Source of the DNA: Mobula hypostoma
Lineage: Eukaryota
Length of the DNA stretch: 64,000 bases
NCBI RefSeq assembly: GCF_963921235.1
Contig: NC_086097.1
Span: 227,108,001-227,172,000, forward strand
Direction: 5' to 3'
The notes beneath the pieces are model-generated. The model was given only the letters and a program-made list of their open reading frames with translations, was not told the DNA's origin and did no database searches. The translations under genes were made by a program, and so were the position numbers. Shown here piece by piece: positions 26,637 to 38,374 of the stretch; the stretch's first letter is position 1; every line of letters begins with the position of its first letter.

Positions 26637-27360
26637 AGACACTAGAAGACACTAGACACTAGAATACTACAGCACAGTACAGGCCCTTTGGCCCTCGATG
26701 TTGTGCTGACCCATATATTCCTTCAAAAAAACATACTAAACCCACACTACCCCATAACCCTCTATTTTTCTTTCATCCATGTGCCTGTCCAAGAGGCTCT
26801 TAAATACCCCTAATGTTTTAGCCTCCACCACCATCCCTGGCAAGTCATTCCAGGCACCCACAACCCTCTGTGTAAAAAAACTTACCCCTGATGTCTCCCC
26901 TAAACTTCCCTCCCTTAACTTTGTACATATGCCCTCTGGTGTTTGCTATTTGTGCCCTGGGAAACAGGTACTGGCTATCCACCGTATCTATGCTTCTCAT
27001 AATCTTGTAGACCCCTATCAAGTCCCCTCTCATCCTTCTATGCCCCAAAGGAAAAAGTCCCAGCTCTGCTAACCTTGCCTCATGAGACTCGTTTTACAAT
27101 CCAGGCAACATCTTGGTAAATCTCCTCTGCACCCTCTCCATAGCTTCCGCATCCTTCCTGTAATGAGGTGACCAGACTGAACACAATACTCTAAGTGTGG
27201 TCTCACCAGAGATTTGTAGAGTTGCAGCATGACCTCTGTACTCTTGAACTCAATCCCCCTATTAATGAAGCCTAGCATCCCATAGGCCTTCTTAACTATC
27301 CTATCAACCTGTGCAGCGACGTTGAGGGATGTATGGATTTGAACCCCAAGGTCCCAGTGT
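26637..27360 (-). mobile_element. Younger CR1 3' fragment nested in CR1
   Basis: TSD tgtact (26631-26636, 27361-27366); (tctagtg)n-type tail; LYKSLVRPHLEYCVQ. Confidence 0.85.
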
Positions 27361-28260
27361 TGTACTCTTGCAATCTTATTTACATCTTTCCTGTAGGTAG
27401 GTGACCAAAACTTCACACAATACTCCAAATTAGGCCTCACAAGTGCCTTATACAACTTCAACATAACATCCCATTTCCTGTCCTTAATACTTTGATTTAT
27501 GAAAGCCAATGTGCAGAAAGCTTTCTTTACAACCCTATTTAGCTGTGATGCCACTTTTAATGAATTATGGACCTGTATTTCCAGATCCTTTGTTCTACCA
27601 CACTCCTCAGTGCCCTGCTACTCACTGTGTAAGACCTACTCTGGTTGGTCCTTCCAAAGTGCAACACCTCACACTTGTCTGCATTAAATTCTATCTGCCA
27701 TTTTTCAGCCCATTTTTGCGCAGGTCCAGATCCTGCTGCAAGCTTTGATCGTCTTCTTTGCTGTCCACTATACCCCTAATCTTGGTGCCATCCACAAATT
27801 TGCTTATCCAGTTAACCACATTGTCGTCCAGATGACAAACAACAACAGACCCAGCACCGATCTCTGCAGCACTCCACTAATCACAGGCCTCCAGTGAGGG
27901 AGGCAACCATCACTGCCTCTCTAGCCACTCTCTAGCCTCTTCTGCAAACCCAATGTCTAATCCAATTTACTACATCATTTTGAATACTAAGCGACTGAAC
28001 CTTCTTGACCCACTTCCCATGCGGGACCTTATCAAGTACCTTGCTGAAATCTATGTAGACAACATCCACTGCCCTACCTTCATCAACTTTACTGGTATCT
28101 TCCTTGATAAACTCCATAAGATTGGTTAGACATGACCTTCCAAGCGCAAAGTCATGCTGACTATCTCCAGTCAGTCCCTGTCTATCTAAATACTCATATA
28201 TCCAGTCCCTTAGAATACCTTCCAAAAACTCTCCCACTATTGATGTCAGGCTCACTGGCC

Positions 28261-28700
28261 CATTTGATGGCTCTTGGTTTGTACTCGCTGGAATTCAGAA
28301 GGGTGAAGAGGGATCTCATTGAAACATTTTGAATGTTGAAAGGCCTAGACAGAGTAGATGTGGAAAGGATGTTTCCCATGGTGGGAGAGTCTAGGACAAG
28401 AGGGCACAACCTCAGGATAGAAAGGCACCCTTTTCAAACAGATGCGGAGAAATTTCTCTAGCCAAAGGGTGGTGAATTTGTAGAATTTGTTGTCACATGC
28501 AGCTGTGGAAGCCAGGTCATTGAGTGTATTTAAGGCAGAGATTGATAGGTTTTTGATTAGACATGGCATCAAAGGTTACAGGGAGAAGGCCGGGAACTGG
28601 GGTTGAGGAGGAGATAGAAAAGATGGATCAGCGATGATTGTATGGTGGAGCAGACTCGATGGGACAGATGGCCTAATTCTGCTCCTATGTCTTATGGTCT
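28261..28700 (+). mobile_element. CR1 3' fragment nested antisense in CR1
   Basis: LGLYSLEFRRVKRDLIETF, 3'UTR, tatggtct tail. Confidence 0.85.
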
Positions 28701-29224
28701 ATAACCTCCTAGATTATTTTTAATGCATTTTTAAAATGGTGGAACAACATTAGCTACCCTCTAATCTTCCAGTACTTCACCTGTTGCTAAGGAAGACTTA
28801 AGTATCCCTGCTAGGGTCCCTGCAGTTTCTGCACTGGACTCCCACAGGGCCCAAGGGAACACCTTGTCAGGCCCTGGGGATTTGTCCACCCTAATCTGCA
28901 TCAAGACAGCAATGCCTCCTCCTCTGTAATCCATATTGGGTCCATGACCTTGCTGCTGCTTTGCCTCATTTCTATAGACTCTGTGTCCATCTCCCGAGCA
29001 GATACAGATGCAAAAATTCCATTTAAGATCTCTCCCATCTCTTTTGGTTCCATGCATGAATCTTCCAGAGGATCAGTTTTGTTCCATGCAATCGCTTTGC
29101 TCTTAACGTATGTACAGAAACTCTTAGGATTCTCCTTCACGTTGTCTGCTAGAGGCACCTCATGCCTTCTTATCTACAAAGTGTTTCTTATTTAAAATTA
29201 CTTCTCTACAAGGCATATTTTTGG

Positions 29225-29450
29225 GGTACCACAGTCGTGTGACTGTTACAGCTGCGGGCTTTGGAGATCGAAGTTTAATGCCAGTGTCCTCTTTAAGGAG
29301 TCTGTATGTTATCCCTGTGGAATGCGTGGGTTTTCTCCAGGTGCCCCAGTTTCCTCCCACAGGTTAGTAGGTTAATTGGTTATTGTAAATTGTTGCTGGG
29401 TGGCTCGGCGCAAAGAGTCAGAAGAGCTTATTTTGCACTGCCTCTCGAAA
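29225..29450 (+). mobile_element. V-SINE (HE1-like) remnant
   Basis: V-domain-like core tgtatgttatccctgtg..tgcgtgggttttctccaggtgccccagtttcctcccac, then ggttagtaggttaattgg. Confidence 0.75.
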
Positions 29451-31187
29451 TTTAGAAAAACCTCTAAAATGCTCTCACTATTTCATTAGATATGTAAATC
29501 ATCCATAAGACTCTGTGGAAATACCACTCTCGTGCCTTTGGTGTAAGAGCAAAGCCATTCATGTTGGTTCTGTGCAAAGCTGCAATGGAACACACAGGTG
29601 CTGCTCATATTAGCGGAATCCAGTCACCATGGCAATGAATTTAACAAAATATTCATGTTTTAATAAAAGAAATGTAATTATAGTTACAGCCTCTTTTTTT
29701 CTACAAAATAAGTGAATGGTTGGTACAAAATCTATTTTTCTGGATGTGCACTTTGCTCTTATTCTTACTAACTGACCTTTTTAAAAAAGGTTTTCTGGAA
29801 GACACAAAGGTGTAAATATTGTTGCACCAACCTTATGCTGCAAGTACAGTTTTATAAAACTTTGTCTATGAAAGATTAAAGCAATTGTATATTTAGTTGT
29901 GATTTTTATTAAATATCATGAATGTTATAATTTAGAATGAAAAGAAAAATTGTCAAATTACTTATAACAGTAATTCTGTAATTCCGTTTGTACTCAAATT
30001 GATTCTATGGAACTTCATGAGGCCCTGACTAGCAAATCTGAAAAAAATCACAAAATTCGGAAGTTTATTGTCATTGTTTGCTTAAATATATTTGATTAAA
30101 ACAAAATACTAACTATAAATACTGCCGCACACTTGCAACAAAATTGTGTGAGGATATTGTGCCGTAGAAAGTCTGTAAAGAATATGCACTTGGGAAGGAT
30201 GTAAAACATATGGCATATTAGTGGTTATGGTATAAAGCTTTCTGATCATATCTTTGCTTTCTTTAATAAGACGAGGGTATATTACAAAATACAATGGAAT
30301 TTTCTTTATTGTTCATAATGAATCAAAGATCTTGTGTTCAAGTTGTGGTGCTGTGGAGACTGATTTACCAGCATCGGGGTCAGTAAAGTTTTGTAGAACT
30401 GAGAAAGAGACTTTGCAATTTTTCAAGTGATATTCCATGGTTAGCAGTTGGAATGGTATGCATCATTTGAGAACCTGGAAGGGAAGCTTATAATGACTGC
30501 GACATGAATATATACTTGGGAATAGCAAAGCTATGTTGGAATAGATTCAGTGCATGAAGAATATTAAATGCATTATTTCTGTTCAGGAAAGAAAACGAAG
30601 TTGGTCACGTTAGCCTGACAGATTGCTGGCAATGGGAAAAAGACAAAATCTTTTCGTGAGAAAGTGTTACCAAGGCATTTAGAAAATTCTAATTTATTTA
30701 TGTTGGACACAAGAACTTGAGGAGACTACTTAGCCTTCAAGCCTGCCGAACTGTGGTGTAATAACAAAAATTCACCTAAAATGTATCTCTTTACAATTCA
30801 GTGCTCTCAAATCTATTGCTGAAATAGGGAGGGATGCTCTGGGAGAAACTCCTTGATGATTACAATACTGTAGCACCACCTTCTGGTGTGTATTCCCTGA
30901 AGAATAAGATTTGTGATTTGCTCTGCTGAAACTTGGTATTACTTTGCTGGATGAAGCAAAATCAAGCATAATATTTATAAAGACAAAATGATCTACACAT
31001 TTTAGAATTAGTAATGCTGTTAATGTGACCTTCCACATATTGTATTAACACACAAGGTTTTTTTCAGGAATAAAAGCAGGATATGCTTCAAGGTAATCAG
31101 CCAATCAGATGGCAACTGTGGAGAGAGAAACAGAACTGATGCAACAGGTCGATTTCCTTTAACTGTTGCCTTATCTGCTGAGCATAT

Positions 31188-31272
31188 ACTCGGCCTGAAA
31201 CGTCGACTGTATCTCTTCCTAGAGATGCTGCCTGGCCTGCTGCGTTCACCAGCAACTTTGATATGTGTTGCT
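31188..31272 (+). mobile_element. Short Penelope-like cassette (3' half of the hammerhead)
   Basis: 9-bp TSD tgagcatat (31179-31187, 31273-31281); ctcggcctGAAAcgtcgactgt plus family tail. Confidence 0.75.
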
Positions 31273-31720
31273 TGAGCATATTCTCTTGTTTATTTCTGAT
31301 TTCCTTTTTTGTGGTTATTTTGTCTTCCCAGGTATTATTTATCCTTTTTACATTTTAAAATATTAATGCCAGTTTGGCCCCGTTGTACTTTGATGCCACA
31401 AGTCATTATTATGATTTGTCCAATGTTGTTTTACATTTCAGGTTTTTCTATATCATTCTATGAACATTGACCTTCCTTTTGGTCCCTATTCATGTTGAAC
31501 CCCTATGAGTGTACATTCAGTAAATGTCATAAAATACAGTCGTATTCTAGTAAATAGGCAAAATCTGTACTGTGATTATATTGTATTTGATTCCAGTACC
31601 AGTGTTTATGTTCCCAAATGATAGATTTCAATGCCATCAGCCAAAACATTACAAGTATTTTGGATGATACAGTAGTCTCTGATCTTCATCTAAATTACTG
31701 GAAATATTTGATTTACAAGT

Positions 31721-32290
31721 TGTTGTTCGTCCATCGTTGTCGTCGATGAAGACCTCGACACCATTATGATGGTGTCGAGACCAGCGCTTGATTTGGATTT
31801 AAGTGAGGGAGAGTTGCGCAGCGTCAGCCTCACTCTCTCTTCCCGATTCCCATCTGGATCCAGCGGCAAGACAAGAGTCGAGACGGCTGGAGATGGGACT
31901 AAGCGCAGTGGATGACCAGGACGTCTTCTGTGTCTTGTTCTGCTCTACACGTTCCACGACGCTTGCAGAGACCGCCTTCTTGACCGTTGGACCTTCCATT
32001 GGTCTCGTCCGCTCAATCCGCCGGAGTCTGTCTTCACATGCTGGGATAGACAACTCCCTATCTCACTGAGGGTTTGAGACCCGTCAGCTACCCTCACCTG
32101 GTTTAGCCGGCTTGTCGAAGCCGTTGCTCGGGGTGTGGCCGCTGTCGCATGCAAACAGCTACGGGGAGCCACAGGTGAGAGCTGAGTGCCAGGTGGGGAC
32201 CAAAGGTGGACAAGCCACCCTGAAAAGGACACGACATGCTCCCCCACCAGAGGTACTACCCCTCCCTGACACCCCATACACCCCATAACA
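31721..32290 (-). mobile_element. Non-autonomous RTE-type retroelement, apparently full length
   Basis: TSD tacaagt (31714-31720, 32291-32297); (CAA)n tail; perfect 11-bp 3' stem-loop at 31754-31779; HDV-like fold at the 5' end. Confidence 0.8.
32091..32284 (-). ncRNA. HDV-like self-cleaving ribozyme fold (predicted)
   Basis: P1 GGGGUGU/ACACCCC, P2 CUCUCACCUG/CAGGUGAGGG, P3 GGC/GCC, L3 starting UCC, J1/4 GAGCAA, P4 CGGCUU/AAGCCG, J4/2 GCUAAA, all in canonical order. Confidence 0.7.
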
Positions 32291-32959
32291 TACAAGTATG
32301 TTACAAGTGAGATAGTAAATAGAGTGAACTAGGACCAATAAACAACGATAATCCCATCATGAGAATTTGACGTGGGTTGGAAATTTTGTAATAAAATTCT
32401 TGCCTTGAATCACATGGAATACAGTGGTTCAAGGATGGTTGCTTACTGCCACTTTTTCACGGAAAATAAATTCTGGCTTGGCGATAATACCCATAACATA
32501 TGTATTAATTTTTAGGAAGTAGTTTAAGTTAATTATCAGGATATCAAATTTGTCAAATATTTATAGTAAGCATTTTCCTTCATATGTGGAAAATTTTGGG
32601 TTAACATTCTTTAAGAAGAATAAATTTTGTAAAGCATCTCCAACCTTGACAAAATAAGCTTGAGATCTCAAAGTCTGAAAGTACTCTGATATATCAGGTT
32701 TCTGGAAAAACAAGTCAAAAGATTGTCACCCATTGAGAGATGGTAGTTGGGCAATGTTAAGCAGTGGAGTGGGTTTTCACAAACCATAGAGGGAGAAGTG
32801 GAAACCATTTAGCCAAATTCTGTTTCTCAGAAATGCATTGTCACACGAAGAGCACTTCAGCAGAGTTTCTCATCTGGTATACTGTCAACAAGTTGCAGAT
32901 GACACCTGGGGGTCTAGTGACAATGAGACAGGCTATCATAGTTTGTGGAGGAATCTGCA

Positions 32960-33785
32960 TCAGCTGGATAAATGGGTTGAAAAATGGCAGATAGAATTTA
33001 ATGCAGTGTGAGGTTTTGCACTTTGGTAGGACCAATCAGAGTAGGTCTTATACAGTGAACGACAGGGCACTGAGGAGTGTGGTAGAGCAAAAGGATCTGG
33101 GAATACAGGTACATAATTCGTTGAAAATGTCATCACAGGTAGATAGGGTCGTAAAGAAAGTTTTTGGCACATTGGCCTTCATGAATTGATGTATTAGTAC
33201 AGGAGATGGGATGTTATGTTGAAGTAGTAGAAGATGATGGTGAGACTTTATTTGGAGTATTGTGTGCAGTGTTTGTCATCTACCTACAGGAAAATTGTAA
33301 ACAAGGTTAAAAGAGTACGGAGAAAATACAGAAGGATGTTGCCGGGTGTAGAGGACCTGAGTTAAAAGGAAAGTTTGAATAGGTTAGGATTGTATTCTTT
33401 AGAATGTAGAAAATTGAGAGGAGATTTGATAGAGGTATACAAAATTATGAGGGGTATAGATAGGGTAAATGCAAGCAAGCTTTTTCCATTGTGGTTGGGT
33501 GGGACTACAACCGGAGATCATGGGTTAAGGTTGAAAGGTGAGAGGTTTAAAGGGAACATGAAGGGAAACTTCTTCAGTCAGAAGATTGTGAGAGTGTGGA
33601 ATGAGCTGTAGGCACATGTTGTGCATGTGAGCTCAATTTCAAATTATAAGAAAAGTTTGGATAAGTACGTAGATAGTAGGGATATGGAGGACTATGGTCC
33701 AGCTGTAGGTCATTGGGAGTAGGCAGTTTAAATTGTTTTGGCATGGACTAGATGGCCAAAGAGCCTGTGCCCATGACTCTGACTA
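32960..33785 (+). mobile_element. CR1 3' half
   Basis: CEVLHFGRTNQ, LGLYSLECRKLRGDLIEVYKIM motifs. Confidence 0.9.
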
Positions 33786-36404
33786 CTAAGTGAAAAACAT
33801 CAAACAATAAAGCTGTTTTCCTCACTCAGACTATTGAATATTATTTTTATACCAGAAAAGCATGAATTCTATTCCCCTATACGGCAGTTGTAATAACGTT
33901 CATTATTTGGATCTCCAGGTCCTGAATATTTTGAGTCAATGACATTATCAATTATCCAACACATTATCACAGAATTTAGACTAATTAGTCAGCAGCAAAT
34001 CACAGAGAGAACAGGACTCACCTTTGCTAAAGACCAGGGCTAAAAATCTATTTTTGTGGCGATAGTCATTGTGATGTGAAGGAGATTCCCTGCACAGATC
34101 CTCCACAGGTGACGGCAGTATTCCACTCCTGTGAACCATTTGCAAGCCAGTTTGCAAGTTGGAAATGCAACCACTAATACCTGCAGTCAAGTGGCGGCTA
34201 GCAAATGGATCTCCTCCATTTCCCAAATGTTCATTTGTATGTACGGGCTGTGCCCAAGTCAAACATTTGTGAGCTGGGTGAGACCTGTATGCACATTTTG
34301 ATCATTGTTGATAGGCTTGTTAATAAAAGCGATCAGAACTGGCATACTTGTCATGCAGTTTTTCCTCTCTTCACTTAAACCAGCTTGCTGCAATTCATCA
34401 GACGTACGGGATGTTAATATAACAGAAAGACTTTTGTATTAGTCAAAGCAGGTAATTCAAAGAAGTTAAGGGGAATGGTGGCATTGAATTAAACAACACA
34501 CAGTTTATTTTGATTTTTTATTTTCCTTTAGTCCTGATTCTTACACTTAATTTCTTAAATCTGGATGTATTACTTTATTTTTATTCTTACTTTGTCACCC
34601 TGCTTGAAGGCCTCCTTTTGAAGAATAGTCAATTTGCTATCACTATATTCAAATTCTTCAAAAAATTATTTGAAGTCTGAACCCATTTGGTCATCATGTC
34701 ATTGGTAAGTTTTTACACATTTATTTTGTATGAATTGATTGTATTTTTTTAATGTTTTGAGTGCCACAGTGGACTAACTACAAAGATGGACCATTGAATC
34801 TGCCAAAGTAAATATCCCCTTGCTGTTACTTTGTTCTCGTGTATCAACACTTGGGACAATAGTAAAGAATAGTTTCAGGGAATACATTTATCAAGCAGAT
34901 AATAAAACAAAGCTCAGGATAATTATAAAGTCTTTGTTTGATCTGTATCTGCAACATGTTTGGCAGATCCTTTAATTATAGTTTGGTTCACTTCATTCTC
35001 CGCCAGACTCAACTAAATTTCTTTTTTTCCCCTCAGTTTCTCTTTTTTTAAAACTTCCTTCTTAGAATTTAATTCTGGTTTACAATCCAAAGCACTGGCT
35101 AATTTAATGCATTTTTTCACCTAGTTTGAATCACCTGACTTAAATAAAAGGTTTCCTGCTAAATCCCCTTTGTCTTCTATGACTGATGCATGGCTAACCT
35201 TGATCATTCATTAAAACATTACTGACCAATACAAGGTCCAAGAGACCTCAAAGTCTCCAGGCCTCCACTCAATTAACTACTATTGATGACTTCATTGGCA
35301 TCATCAAGTAAATTTCCATTCTTATTTTTAAAATGTTATCACTGTTCCTTTACTATCTTAAATGAACTTGTTGATTGTTGCCTTATTTCAATAAACCTCC
35401 TGAACCACATACCATTGATCCAAACCAACAAAATGGACTCTTTGACTGTTGCTGATATTTGCTTCCCGGATGTCTTACAATGGATTCTGTATTGTAATTC
35501 AGTCCTGCTTTTTGGCATGCAGGGCTAATTTTGGGATTTTGCATTCCTGGCAGGCTGCCTTGCCCACCAAAGTGTGTGCAGGGAGCTCTTGTACACATTC
35601 ACAAACATTATTCAGTCACAACAAGTAATAAAGAACACAATTACTTTAAATTTCTTATATAAATAACCCAGTATGCTTTATTTTTGACTTTCTTTTTCTG
35701 TACTTTCCTGATCTAATAGATCTTTTCATTACTTTGACCTATCCATCTGTGCCAGGCACTCGAGCATCTTGCTTTAATCATACCTGCCATTCTATTGCCT
35801 CTTGTAACCTGACTCCTGAATAGTGTTTTGATCAGTCTGAACTATTCCCAGCTAAGTTTATCTCCTGCTGCAATTTTTGTGAATGTCATATAGGAGTGCT
35901 ATGTATATAACTTCATTAATCAGAGGCAACTTCTATCTTGATGCTTAGTCATGTCCCTTGCCAATTTTCAGATATTGTAAATGAATCTCCTTTTCTGTCT
36001 TCATGGTATGGTGACTGAATCATGAAAAACACAGGAGGCAGCGGTTTTGCCTATGTAGGAACCGTCCATTGGTTCCATCCCTTGGTCTTTTCCCATAGAT
36101 TTGCTGCAGTTTTGCTTTTTAATGTTAACTTTGAATCACTTTTCAAGATAGCAGGCTCCAGAGCACAATTCACTGTGCAAAGGAAATGTTTAAAATTTCT
36201 CCATTCACCCTTTGACATAGGTGAAGTCCTACCTTGGTTGATGAGGTTCACCTTACTTCACAATTCAGGTAGAGATTTCCTATTTGTTGTTTAGTTTATT
36301 TTCAGCATCTCTAACGGAATATGGTAGTGCTTGGGAGATTTGCTCTGAACTAATGACTGTGTGACAATTGGGACCATGTAGATCGCTGCATTCACTATTT
36401 CGCA

Positions 36405-37440
36405 TACATAGAACATAGAACTGTACAACACAGCGCAGGTCCTTTAGCCCATGATGATACGCCGACACTTTAACCTTCTCCAAGATCAATCTAACACTGC
36501 CCTCTTACATAGCCTCCATTTCTCTTTCATCCATATATCCATCTAAGAGTCTCTTAACTATCTCTAATGTATTTGTCCCCACCACGACCTCAGCAACACA
36601 TTCCACACATTTACCACTTTGTGTAAAATAACTAGATCTGACAACAACTTCCCCCTTCCCCCCCATACTTTCCTCTCAACAACTTTAAATGCCCCCTTGT
36701 ATTAACCATTTCTCCCCTGGAATAAAAACTCTGGCTGTCCACTCGATCTACGCCTCTCATCCTCCTTCTCTCCAACAAGAAAAGCCCTAGTTCCCTCGGC
36801 CTATCCTCATATGCTGTCTCATCCAGGTAGCATCCTAGTAAGTCTCCTCTGCAACTTCTTTAAAGCTTCCACATCCTTTCTATAATGAGGTGACTAGAAC
36901 TGACCACAATATTCCAAATGTGGTCTAACCAAGGTTTTATAGAGCTGCACTATTACCTCGTGGCTCTTGAACTCAGTCCCTCGACTAATAAAGGTTAACT
37001 CTCCATATGCCTTCTGAACCACCCTGTCAACTTCCACTGCAACTTTGAGGGATCACTCAAGATCACTCTGTTCCTCAACACTATTAAGAATTCTGCCATT
37101 AATCCTGAATTCTACTTTCAAGTTTGATCTATCCAAGTAAATCATTTCACACTTTTACCACACTGAACTCCATCTGCCACTTCTCAGCCCAGCCTTGCAT
37201 ACTATCAATGTCCCATTGTAAGTTACCACAAAGCTCTATAACATCCACAACACTACTAACTTCTGTGTCATTTGCAAGCACACCATTCACTTCTACTTAC
37301 GCATCCAAATCATTTATAAATATCACAAAGAACAGATCCCTGTGGAACACCACTGGTCACTGACCTCTAGGCAGATAATACTCCATCTACTACCATCCTT
37401 TGCCTTCTGTCCGAATTCACACAGCCAAGTTTCCTTCCAT
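36405..37440 (-). mobile_element. Decayed CR1 3' half
   Basis: (ttctatg)n tail at ~36408-36420; RT C-terminal remnants. Confidence 0.8.
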
Positions 37441-37446
37441 GTCTCC

Positions 37447-37951
37447 AAGGATATAAGTAAGGTTGAAAGAGTGCAGAGAAGGTTTACAAGGATGTTGCCG
37501 GGACTTGAGAAACTCAGTTACAGAGAAAGATTGAATGGGTTAGGACTTTATTCCCTGGAGTGTAGAAGAATGAGAGGAGATTTGATAGAGGTATATAAAA
37601 TTATGATGGGTATTGATAGAGTGAATGCAAGCAGGCTTTTTCCACTGAGGCAAGGGGAGAAAAAAACCAGAGGACATGGGTTAAGGGTGAGGGGGGAAAA
37701 GTTTAAAGGGAACATTAGGGGGGGCTTCTTCACACAGAGAGTGGTGGGAGTATGGAATGAGCTGCCAGACGAGGTGGTAAATGCGGGTTCTTTTTTAACA
37801 TTTAAGAATAAATTGGACAGATACATGGATGGGAGGTGTATGAGGGATATGGTCCGTGTGCAGGTCAGTGGGACTAGGCAGAAAATGGTTCGGCACAGCC
37901 AAGAAGGGCCAAAAGGCCTGTTTCTGTGCTGTAGTTTCTATGGTTTCTATG
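37447..37951 (+). mobile_element. Young 5'-truncated CR1 copy
   Basis: TSD gtctcc (37441-37446, 37952-37957); uninterrupted KDISKVERVQRRFTRMLPGL...WNELP; tttctatgg tail. Confidence 0.9.
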
Positions 37952-38374
37952 GTCTCCTAACTATATTCCTGCACATTCATGTAATTCTATTGTTACTCCA
38001 TTACAAGTTATGATTTTTGTTGCTCTTCATTCTTAATTTCCACATTGAACTAGGGTTATAATGGCTCACAGTAAAACATTATCCATAGTAACAGATTATG
38101 TTCATGCATACTTTCTAATAAATACTCAGTTTCCAGTTTGTGGATCTGTTCTTACTATGATTTACATAGCACAGCATGATGCCACACTTATTAACAAGAT
38201 AAAAGACAAAAATAAGACACTCTAGCCATTCTTGCCAAATTTTCCAAAAATCAAAATTAATCCCACAGAAATTTTAAAATTTATTTTCTTCCATGAATCA
38301 TAATATTTGAACATTAGACAAACAAAAATAAGAAATATATATAGAAGGATTTTACTGTTCTCTTTCATTTAAGG

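Larger units (their letters stand above)
26155..29170 (-). mobile_element. CR1 LINE (RT to 3' end) hosting two younger CR1 insertions
   Basis: ORFs with SLTSIVGE, GRSCLTNL, DFSKVLDKVPH, LYKALVRPNLEYC. Confidence 0.9.

Noticed and set aside
26637..26665. Short tandem agacactaga repeats
   Set aside because: Microsatellite tail of a CR1 insertion, not a CRISPR or functional array
37342..38013. 223-aa ORF
   Set aside because: Read-through across a truncated CR1 insertion and its flanks
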